64,000 nt of DNA from an uncultured Gemmatimonadales bacterium. GTDB lineage: Bacteria; Gemmatimonadota; Gemmatimonadetes; Longimicrobiales; RSA9. Positions 56,509 to 64,000 of this stretch are shown here, piece by piece; within the stretch, counting starts at the first letter, position 1, and every line of letters begins with the position of its first letter. A program made the position numbers and the translations under genes. A model generated the notes under the pieces. That model was not told the DNA's origin and did no database searches. It saw only the letters and a program-made list of their open reading frames with translations. The stretch lies in contig CAWAMW010000016.1 of assembly GCA_963783305.1 (NCBI GenBank), forward strand, positions 640,001 to 704,000, written 5' to 3'.

Positions 56509-57621
56509 ATGATCATTGGGGTCCCGAAGGAGATCAAGACGAACGAGAACCGGATCGCGCTGGTTCCGGCCGGGTCCGAGGCGCTGGCGCGCGCGGGCCA
56601 TACGGTGCTGGTGGAGCGTGGGGCCGGGGATGGTTCCGGGTTCACCGACGCGGCATACGAGTCCACCGGCGCAGAGCTGGTGGACACGGCCGATGAGGTC
56701 TGGGAACGCGCGGAAATGATCATGAAGGTGAAGGAGCCGATCGAGGTCGAGTGGCCGCGAATGCGTGCCGGCCAGGTCATCTTCACCTACTTCCATTTCG
56801 CGGCGGCGGAGTCCCTGACGCGTGCGGTGATAGAGTCGGGGGCCATCGCCAACGCGTACGAGACGGTCCAGCTGCCCACGGGCGAGCTGCCGCTCCTGAC
56901 GCCCATGAGCGAGGTGGCCGGTCGGATGGCGGTGCAGGAGGGCGCCAAGTACCTGGAGAAGTACTATGGCGGTCGTGGTGTCCTGCTGGGCGGTGTGCCG
57001 GGCGTAGAGCCGGCCACGGTGGTGGTGCTGGGCGGCGGCATCGTCGGGTCGCACGCGGCGCGGATGGCGGCGGGTCTGGGCGCCAACGTCGTGATCCTGG
57101 ATGTGTCGCTGAACCGGTTGCGCTACCTGTCCGAGGTCATGCCGGCCAACGTGATGATGATCTACTCGAACCGGCACAACATCCTGAGTTGGGCCGCGCG
57201 GGCCGACTTGCTGATCGGGGCGGTGCTGCTGCCGGGCGCCAAGGCGCCCAACCTGATCCAGCGGGAAGACCTGAAGCTGATGAAGGACGGCTCGGTGATC
57301 GTGGACGTGGCGGTGGACCAGGGCGGCTGCGTGGAAACGATCAAGCCTACCACGCACGAGAACCCGATCTACACCATTGATGGGGTGATCCACTACGCGG
57401 TGGCCAACATGCCGGGCGGCGTGGCGCGGACCTCGACGCTGGCGCTGACGAACGCCACCTTCCCGTACGCCCTCACGCTGGCGAACAAGGGGTGGAAGAA
57501 GGCGTGCCAGGACGACCGGGCGCTGGCGCTGGGTCTGAATGTCGTGGATGGCAAGGTTACGTACCCGGGCGTGGCGGAGGCCTTCGACCTCCCGTACTCG
57601 CCGGTCGAGGACGTGCTCTGA
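56509..57621 (+). CDS. ald: Alanine dehydrogenase
   Basis: [40 protein letters not shown] and VANMPG.V.RTST.AL. Confidence 0.95.
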   Translation: MIIGVPKEIKTNENRIALVPAGSEALARAGHTVLVERGAGDGSGFTDAAYESTGAELVDTADEVWERAEMIMKVKEPIEVEWPRMRAGQVIFTYFHFAAAESLTRAVIESGAIANAYETVQLPTGELPLLTPMSEVAGRMAVQEGAKYLEKYYGGRGVLLGGVPGVEPATVVVLGGGIVGSHAARMAAGLGANVVILDVSLNRLRYLSEVMPANVMMIYSNRHNILSWAARADLLIGAVLLPGAKAPNLIQREDLKLMKDGSVIVDVAVDQGGCVETIKPTTHENPIYTIDGVIHYAVANMPGGVARTSTLALTNATFPYALTLANKGWKKACQDDRALALGLNVVDGKVTYPGVAEAFDLPYSPVEDVL

Positions 57622-57654
57622 CCCCCGGGGCCCTTCTGAAGGCGAGCCGGGGCC

Positions 57655-58113
57655 GTGGCCGTGCGTGAGCACGCCACGGTCCTGGTTCGTCGTCTGGAGA
57701 ACTACCCATCGGAGTGGGCGCTGCCGGACTACGCCACGCCGGGATCCGCCGCGGTGGACCTCCGGAACGCGGGTCCGACGGTCACGCTGGGACCGGGGGA
57801 GCGGCGGCTCATTCCCACTGGCCTGAGCATTGCTCTGCCGGTAGGCATGGAGGCGCAGGTTCGGCCGCGCTCCGGGCTGGCGATCCGCCAGGGGATTGGA
57901 CTCATCAACTCGCCTGGCACCATCGACAGCGACTACCGGGGCGAGATCGGAATCCCGCTCATCAACCACGATCAGGGCCCGCAGGAGATCGAGCATGGCG
58001 AGAGGATCGCCCAGCTGGTGCTCGCTCGTGTGGTGCGGATCGAATGGCGGGAGAGTGACGCGCTGCCAGCGAGCGAACGCGGCACGGGCGGCTTTGGCAG
58101 CACGGGCCGATAG
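57655..58113 (+). CDS. dut: dUTP diphosphatase
   Basis: SAAVDL, IPTG, RPRSGLA, GTIDSDYRGE, RIAQL and RG.GGFGSTG. Confidence 0.96.
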   Translation: MAVREHATVLVRRLENYPSEWALPDYATPGSAAVDLRNAGPTVTLGPGERRLIPTGLSIALPVGMEAQVRPRSGLAIRQGIGLINSPGTIDSDYRGEIGIPLINHDQGPQEIEHGERIAQLVLARVVRIEWRESDALPASERGTGGFGSTGR

Positions 58114-58128
58114 AGGGCCGGGGGCGGG

Positions 58129-58157
58129 TTGCTCTCGCTCCTGAGCGTGGATAGTTT
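58129..58157 (+). promoter_or_regulatory. Candidate promoter of the mre operon
   Basis: TTGCTC-17 nt-TAGTTT. Confidence 0.4.
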
Positions 58158-58240
58158 CCACGCCCACGCCTGGGGGGTACTCCGGGCGTGTTCACGGTGC
58201 ACCCGAAGGGCCGGCGCAACGCCGGCGGGGAGACGATCCA

Positions 58241-59272
58241 CTGCCTAGTTGGTTCCAGTCCGGGCTTCTCCCGGTCAACGACATCGCGGTAGACCTCGGA
58301 ACGGCGAACACCCTCGTGTACGTGAAGGGCGAGGGCATCGTCCTGAACGAGCCGAGCGTGGTGGCCGTGGAGCGGGGGTCGAGCAAGATCAAGGGAATCG
58401 GTCTCGAGGCCAAGCGGATGCTGGGCCGGACCCCGGAAGGGATCATGGCCGTGCGTCCGCTGAAGGACGGCGTGATCGCCGATGTGGACATCACCGAGAT
58501 CATGCTCCGACACTTCCTGCGGCAGGTCACCTCGAAGCGGATCTTCCGGATCAAGCCGAGGGTGGTGGTGGGTGTGCCGAGTGGGATCACCGAGCTGGAG
58601 CGTCGAGCGGTGCGGGACAGCGCGGCGGCGTCGGGGGCGAAAGAGGTCTACATGGTGGCCGAGCCCATGGCGGCGGCGATCGGTGTGGGACTCCCAGTGG
58701 ATACCCCGACGGGCAACATGGTGATCGATATCGGCGGGGGTACCACGGAAATTGCAGTGATCGCTCTCAACGGCATCGTGAGTGACACATCGATCCGGGT
58801 TGGCGGGGACGAGATCGACAGCGCGATCGTGACGTTTCTGCGCAAGAACTACAACCTGCTGATCGGCGAGCCGACGGCGGAGGCGATCAAGATCCAGATC
58901 GGCTCCGCGTTCACGAGCGGCGAGGAGAGGGAGATGGACGTGAAGGGCCGGGACCTGGTGAGCGGGATCCCCAAGACGGTACGGGTGCACTCGCAGGAGA
59001 TCCGTGAGTGCATCCAGGAGCCGATCCAGCAGATTGTGGACGCAGTGCGTCGCGCGCTCGAGATCACGCCGCCGGAGCTGGCGTCGGACATCGTGGACCG
59101 GGGGATCGTGATGACGGGTGGTGGCGCGCTTATCCGGGGCCTGGACCAGCTGCTGGCGCACGAGACGAACCTGCCGATCCACGTGGACGAGGAGCCGTTG
59201 ACGTGTGTGGTGCGCGGTGCAGGGCGGATCCTCGACGACCTGCCTCGCTATCGCAGCGTGCTGACGACATGA
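58241..59272 (+). CDS. mreB: Rod shape-determining protein MreB (probable CTG start)
   Basis: The frame reads LPSWFQSGLLPVNDIAVDLGTANTLVY upstream of the listed GTG 58316. EPSVVA, EPMAAAIG, DIGGGTTE and TGGGAL follow. Confidence 0.95.
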   Translation: MPSWFQSGLLPVNDIAVDLGTANTLVYVKGEGIVLNEPSVVAVERGSSKIKGIGLEAKRMLGRTPEGIMAVRPLKDGVIADVDITEIMLRHFLRQVTSKRIFRIKPRVVVGVPSGITELERRAVRDSAAASGAKEVYMVAEPMAAAIGVGLPVDTPTGNMVIDIGGGTTEIAVIALNGIVSDTSIRVGGDEIDSAIVTFLRKNYNLLIGEPTAEAIKIQIGSAFTSGEEREMDVKGRDLVSGIPKTVRVHSQEIRECIQEPIQQIVDAVRRALEITPPELASDIVDRGIVMTGGGALIRGLDQLLAHETNLPIHVDEEPLTCVVRGAGRILDDLPRYRSVLTT

Positions 59273-59289
59273 GAGGCAGCTGACTCCAC

Positions 59290-60189
59290 GTGGTTGATTA
59301 TTTCGAAGGACCAGGGCGGGGACGATCTCGCAACATCGGAGTCGCCGTTCTTTTACTGGTCGTGGCATTCTTCCTCTACTTCCTCCCCCCGGAGTACCAG
59401 GGCGCCATCCGGCATGCGGTCCGGAGCACGGCCCTGTATCCGTTCATCTGGGGACAGGCGGAGCTGGGCTCCCGGGGAACACGCACGTTGGATGTGGGCG
59501 AGCTCCGCGCGGAGCGGGACTCGCTGCTGGCGGTGGTATCGGCCGAGGCGAGCCTGTCGGAGGAGAACCGGCGGCTGCGGCAGCTTCTGGGTCTGCGTGA
59601 ACGCGTTTCACGCGCCTTCGTGCCGGCTGAGGTGGTGTTGGTCGGGACCGATGGCGGCGCCGGCACGTTCTTCCTCGATGTGGGGCGAGCGGACGGGGTC
59701 GGAGTGGGTAGCCCCGTCGTGGCGTCGTCGGGGCTGCTTGGGGTCGTATGGGAGGTGGGTAGCCGTTGGTCGCAGGGCATCAACTGGACGAACCCCGATT
59801 TCCGCGCGAGCGCGATGACGGCGGAGGGTGAGGCGTATGGGATTGTGGAATCGCGGCGCGGTCGGTATCGGGAGGAGGACCGCCTCATCCTGGTGGGCGC
59901 GCCCTTCCACGTGGACGTGCAGCCGGGAACGCGAGTGGTGACGTCGGGCCGGGGGGGAGTGTACCCCCGGGGGATTCTGCTCGGAACGGTGCTGGGCGTC
60001 GAAGAGGCAGACACGGGGTGGCGGAAGAGCTATCTGCTGCTGCCGGCAGTGCGGCCCGAGTCTGTGGGGCACGTACTCGTGGGAGTACAGTCGGAGGACG
60101 GATACGGCGACCTATCACCACTCTGGACCGGCGGCGCGCCGGCGGCCGCGGCGCCGGACACAGCTCGTGACACCGAGGGTCTGCCATGA
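59290..60189 (+). CDS. mreC: Rod shape-determining protein MreC
   Basis: N-terminal TM, L.EEN.RLR.LL, G..DGV..G.PV, GL.G.V and VVTSG.GG.YP.GI. Confidence 0.9.
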   Translation: MVDYFEGPGRGRSRNIGVAVLLLVVAFFLYFLPPEYQGAIRHAVRSTALYPFIWGQAELGSRGTRTLDVGELRAERDSLLAVVSAEASLSEENRRLRQLLGLRERVSRAFVPAEVVLVGTDGGAGTFFLDVGRADGVGVGSPVVASSGLLGVVWEVGSRWSQGINWTNPDFRASAMTAEGEAYGIVESRRGRYREEDRLILVGAPFHVDVQPGTRVVTSGRGGVYPRGILLGTVLGVEEADTGWRKSYLLLPAVRPESVGHVLVGVQSEDGYGDLSPLWTGGAPAAAAPDTARDTEGLP

Positions 60190-60659
60190 AGACCGGCTGG
60201 GCGTTCTGGCTCTTCGTGGTTCTGCTCGTGGTGCTCCATTTCGCGCTCCACCTCACGCTCGGGATCGGCGCCTGGGCGCCCGACCTGCTGACGCTGGCGG
60301 TACTGCTCGCGGCGCGGCAGCTGCGGGGCGGCCCCGCGGCCGGCCTGGGCTTCGCCCTCGGTCTCCTCGAGGATGGCGTTTCCCTCGGCGCTTTCGGTGC
60401 CGCGGCCATGACGGAGACGGTGATCGGCTATCTCGGGGCCCGGTCCCGCGATCTGTTCGTAGGGGATAGCGTGCTCTTCCTCAGCCTCTACTTCTTCCTG
60501 GGTGCCTGGCTCCAGGATGGGCTATACTACTGGGTCGCTCCGGGGGTCCGCCGCGGAGAGCCGGTGGACGCCCTACTCATGCAGGCCCCGCTCGATGCGT
60601 TGTACGTCGCGGTGGCCGGTGTGGCGGCGATCCTGGTATACCGGACCCTGCGGCGTTAG
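60186..60659 (+). CDS. mreD: Rod shape-determining protein MreD
   Basis: Hydrophobic 157 aa with PDLL and GF..GLLED, between mreC and mrdA. Confidence 0.88.
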   Translation: MKTGWAFWLFVVLLVVLHFALHLTLGIGAWAPDLLTLAVLLAARQLRGGPAAGLGFALGLLEDGVSLGAFGAAAMTETVIGYLGARSRDLFVGDSVLFLSLYFFLGAWLQDGLYYWVAPGVRRGEPVDALLMQAPLDALYVAVAGVAAILVYRTLRR

Positions 60660-60691
60660 CAGGGCGACCGATTCCCACAAGGAACAGCCGC

Positions 60692-62554
60692 GTGCGCGAT
60701 CCCCAGGCATTTCACCTGCATGCCAGACGGCGCCGAGCCCTCGGCGCATTGGGCGCGGTGTGCGTAATCCTCGCCGGGCTGAACTTCGCCTTTTTCCAGA
60801 CGCAGATCCTCCGCAACCCAGCGTATGCGTTGCAGTCGGACCGAAACCGCCTGCGGCCCCTGACGCTGCCGGCCCCCCGCGGGGTGATCCTGGATCGCGA
60901 AGGCCGGATCCTGGCGGACAATGTCCCTGGCTTCGTCCTCTCGCTGCTGCCGGCCCCTCCCGACTCGATCCGGAGCACGCTGGAGGGGCTCCGATCGTAC
61001 CTGGGACTCACGGACGCGCAGGTGGAGTCGCTGCTGGAGGGCCAGCGGCGGGCGCCGCAGCAGAAGCTGGTGGTCTCGACTGACCTTTCGTTCGACCGGA
61101 TCTCGGCCATCGAGGAGCGGCGCCCGCAGTTCGCGGCGGTGCTCATCGAGATGGAGCCGAAGCGGAACTACCCGGGCGGAGCGGCGGTCGCGCACCTGGT
61201 CGGGTACGTGGGCGAGATCAGCGAGCGGGAGCTGGAGGACACGGCGTTCGCGGGATACCGGCCGGGTCGCCTGGTGGGGCGGACCGGTGTGGAGCGACAG
61301 CGGGAGAAGGTGCTGGCTGGGGTGCCGGGGGTGCGGTACCTGGAGGTGGACGCTCTCGGCCGCATCGTGGGGGAGTTCCCCGGGCACGACGAGGTTCAGC
61401 CGATCTCCGGCGACTCGCTCCAGCTGACGATCGACCTGGGACTCCAGGAGTGGATCCACGGCATGCTCGCCGATACGGTTCGGGGGGCGGTGGTGGCGCT
61501 GGACCCCAGGACGGGCGAGGTGCTGGCGCACTATTCGGCGCCGACCTTCGATCCCAACGATCTGGTGGGGACCGTCAGCCGCGAGCGCTGGGCGGAGCTC
61601 CAGCAGGACACGGCCCGGCGACTCCTGGACCGCGCCCTGGCCGGCGCCTACCCACCGGGCTCGACGTGGAAGCTCGCCACGGCGGCCGTCGCGCTCGACC
61701 TGGGCATCGTGGAGCCCACCTCGACCCTCCCACTGGCGTGTCGGGGAGGGATGCGGTATGGCAACCGGTACTTCCAGTGCTGGCAGCGCGCCGGTCACGG
61801 CTATCTGGTCCTGGCCGACGCCATCAAGAACTCGTGCAACGTCTATTTCTATCAGTTGGGGCTCCAGATCGGACTGAAGCGCCTGCTCAAGGAGGGCGTC
61901 CGGCTCGGGTTCGACGGCCGGACCGGTGTGGACCTGCCGGGTGAGCGGGCGGGGCTCTTCCCGTCGGGCCCCGGGTGGTACGAGCGGCGTTTCGGCTGGA
62001 CGCCCACGGAGGCGGAGGTGCTGAGCCTCGCCATCGGTCAGGGCGCGAACGACCAGACCCCGCTGAAGATGGCCCAGTTCTTTGGCGCACTGGCCACAGA
62101 CGGGCGCATGCCCGCCCCGCGGGTGGTGCGTTCACCGAGACGTGGAGCCGGGGAGGTGCGCGGGCCGGCGCGGGAGATGGATCTGAGGGTGTCGCCGGAG
62201 AACCTGGAGCACCTCCGTGAGGGGCTCCGACGGGTTACGGCACCGGGCGGCACGGCGGCCGGCTCCGCCCTGGAGCACTGGGACTGGATCGGGAAGACAG
62301 GAACATCGCAGAATCCGCACGGCAAGGACCACGGCTGGTTCGTCGGAATCGGTGGTCCACGCGGCGGGGCGGCGGAGATCGTGGTCGCCGCCCTGATCGA
62401 GGGGGGCGAGCACGGCTCCGATGTTGCGCAGGTGGCGGCGAAGGTAGCGGACTACTACTTGCGAACACGACGCGGCATGCCGATCGACACCGTACAGACG
62501 CTGAGAGAGCACTGGCAGAAGGGGATCCCCGCACCCTGGGCGCAATGGGACTGA
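60692..62554 (+). CDS. mrdA: Penicillin-binding protein 2
   Basis: APRG.I.DR.G, YPPGSTWK (SxxK), SCNVYFY (SxN), GKTGTSQ (KTG) and DHGWF. Confidence 0.95.
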   Translation: MRDPQAFHLHARRRRALGALGAVCVILAGLNFAFFQTQILRNPAYALQSDRNRLRPLTLPAPRGVILDREGRILADNVPGFVLSLLPAPPDSIRSTLEGLRSYLGLTDAQVESLLEGQRRAPQQKLVVSTDLSFDRISAIEERRPQFAAVLIEMEPKRNYPGGAAVAHLVGYVGEISERELEDTAFAGYRPGRLVGRTGVERQREKVLAGVPGVRYLEVDALGRIVGEFPGHDEVQPISGDSLQLTIDLGLQEWIHGMLADTVRGAVVALDPRTGEVLAHYSAPTFDPNDLVGTVSRERWAELQQDTARRLLDRALAGAYPPGSTWKLATAAVALDLGIVEPTSTLPLACRGGMRYGNRYFQCWQRAGHGYLVLADAIKNSCNVYFYQLGLQIGLKRLLKEGVRLGFDGRTGVDLPGERAGLFPSGPGWYERRFGWTPTEAEVLSLAIGQGANDQTPLKMAQFFGALATDGRMPAPRVVRSPRRGAGEVRGPAREMDLRVSPENLEHLREGLRRVTAPGGTAAGSALEHWDWIGKTGTSQNPHGKDHGWFVGIGGPRGGAAEIVVAALIEGGEHGSDVAQVAAKVADYYLRTRRGMPIDTVQTLREHWQKGIPAPWAQWD

Positions 62555-63792
62555 GCGAGCGCATACGGGGGATCTTCGGGGATCCACTCCTGTTCATGGC
62601 GGTGCTGCTGCTGTCGCTGTTCGGCGTGGCCATGATCTACTCGGCCGGTCTTCTGGACGTGCCGAACGCCGCCTCCATGGGTGCATGGAAGCGTCAGCTG
62701 GTGTGGCTCGGTATCTCCATAACGGCGTTGATCGTGGTCATGCGGATCGGGGTCAAGTGGTTCGAGTGGGCGGCCGTTCCGCTCTACGGGCTCTCCCTTA
62801 TCCTGCTGGCCCTCACGCTCATCATCGGGTCGGGCGCCGGAACGGCCCAGGGCGTGAAGAGCTGGATCAGCCTGGGGCCGCTGTCGTTCCAGCCGTCGCA
62901 GCTGGCGAACGTGGCGACCATCCTGATGCTCGCGCGAGTCATGGGATCGCGGCGCGAGCCACCCCAGACGCTGGGCGATCTTTGGAAGCCCTTGATGATC
63001 GTGGGCATTCCGCTCGGACTGGTCCTCCTTCAGCCCGACCTCGGGACGGCCATGGTGTTCGGCGCCCTGCTGCTGGCTACCCTGTACTGGGCGGGCACGC
63101 CGGCGGGCATCCTGTTCATGCTCCTCAGCCCCATGGTGGCGCTGTTCCTCGCCTTCCACTCGTGGCTCTTCAGCCTCTACATGCTCGGGATCATCGTCTT
63201 CCTGTACTTTTACCGCGTGTACCTGTGGGAGGGTACGGTGGTGGCGATGGCGAATCTGGTGGCGGGGACGATCGCGGTGCCGCTCTGGGACTCCCTCAAG
63301 CCGTACCAGAAGGCGCGTTTCCAGGTGTTCCTCGACCCGATGGTGGATCCCCAGGGCGCGGGGTGGAACGTGATCCAGTCCCGCGTGGCGATCGGGAGCG
63401 GCGGACTGTTCGGGAAAGGGTTCACGCAGGGCACGCAGAAGCGCCTGGCCTTCCTGCCGGAACAGCACACGGACTTCATCTTCAGCGTGATCGGAGAGGA
63501 GACGGGGTTCATCGGCACCACCCTCGTGCTACTGGCCTTTGGGATCATCCTGTGGCGCCTGGTCAAGGTGGCAGAGCGCGTGGCCGACCCCTTTGCCGGG
63601 ATCGTGGTGTTCGGTATCTTCGGAGCCTGGTTCGCACACATTCTGGTTAATGTCGGGATGACCGTGGGCGTTATGCCGGTCACGGGCATCCCTTTGCCGT
63701 TCCTCAGCTACGGCGGCTCGTTCCTGCTGGCGACTTTCCTGGCGCTGGCGATCGTGCAGCGTATCGCAGCCGAGCAGGCAAGGAACTTCTAG
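62545..63792 (+). CDS. rodA: Rod shape-determining protein RodA (SEDS)
   Basis: FQPS, QPDLGT, QS..AIGSGG..GKG, LPEQHTDFIF and PVTGIPLPFLSYGGS. Confidence 0.96.
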   Translation: MGLSERIRGIFGDPLLFMAVLLLSLFGVAMIYSAGLLDVPNAASMGAWKRQLVWLGISITALIVVMRIGVKWFEWAAVPLYGLSLILLALTLIIGSGAGTAQGVKSWISLGPLSFQPSQLANVATILMLARVMGSRREPPQTLGDLWKPLMIVGIPLGLVLLQPDLGTAMVFGALLLATLYWAGTPAGILFMLLSPMVALFLAFHSWLFSLYMLGIIVFLYFYRVYLWEGTVVAMANLVAGTIAVPLWDSLKPYQKARFQVFLDPMVDPQGAGWNVIQSRVAIGSGGLFGKGFTQGTQKRLAFLPEQHTDFIFSVIGEETGFIGTTLVLLAFGIILWRLVKVAERVADPFAGIVVFGIFGAWFAHILVNVGMTVGVMPVTGIPLPFLSYGGSFLLATFLALAIVQRIAAEQARNF

Positions 63793-64000
63793 ATGGCCTG
63801 GTTCCGCAAGGAAAAGCAGAAGCTGACGTCGGCGGACAAGCGGGAGCTGCCGAGCGACGTCTTCGACAAGTGCCCGGAGTGCGGGGAGATTCTCTACCGT
63901 AACCGGCTCGTGCAGAACCTCTACGTGTGTCCGGCATGCGGGCACCACCTCCGGATCGATGCGGAGGACTACGTGGGGCTCCTGGTGGACGAAGGCGCCT
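63793..64000 (+). CDS. accD: Acetyl-CoA carboxylase carboxyltransferase beta subunit, 5' partial
   Basis: MAWFRK...KCPECGEILY...L..NLYVCPACGHHLRI zinc-finger N-terminus. Runs off the window end. Confidence 0.88.
   Translation, partial: MAWFRKEKQKLTSADKRELPSDVFDKCPECGEILYRNRLVQNLYVCPACGHHLRIDAEDYVGLLVDEGA

Overview
High-GC bacterial chromosomal segment (roughly 70% GC by eye). Gene content and protein style suggest Gemmatimonadota or another FCB-group lineage, which is an inference. It is densely coding (about 68 genes) and mostly housekeeping: rplM-rpsI, rpsB-tsf-pyrH-frr-uppS-cdsA-dxr-rseP, serS, pcrA, gatCAB, murA, rimP-nusA-L7Ae-infB-DUF503-rbfA-truB-ribF-rpsO-pnp, ald, dut and mreBCD-mrdA-rodA-accD, interleaved with small accessory blocks. 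No rRNA, tRNA, CRISPR array or mobile element was recognised. The strongest hidden signal is an OsmC/Ohr-fold gene (44243-44740) that the ORF track splits in two. An in-frame TGA sits at the first catalytic Cys position and is followed by a bacterial-SECIS-like hairpin, so it is probably a selenoprotein. It is translationally coupled to an unannotated 68-aa four-cysteine protein at the end of a murA(Cys->Asp)-phasin-like-pgeF run. Other notable items: an EIIA / P-II-like / cation:proton antiporter module; a three-Cys larE followed by a stand-alone copy of its own C-terminal domain and thpR; a C8-tract frameshift in a membrane TolB-N/TPR gene; probable non-canonical starts for mreB (CTG) and the L7Ae gene (ACG); and the rpsB (t44-like) and rimP leader RNAs. 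All family assignments come from recognising motifs by eye, not from database searches.
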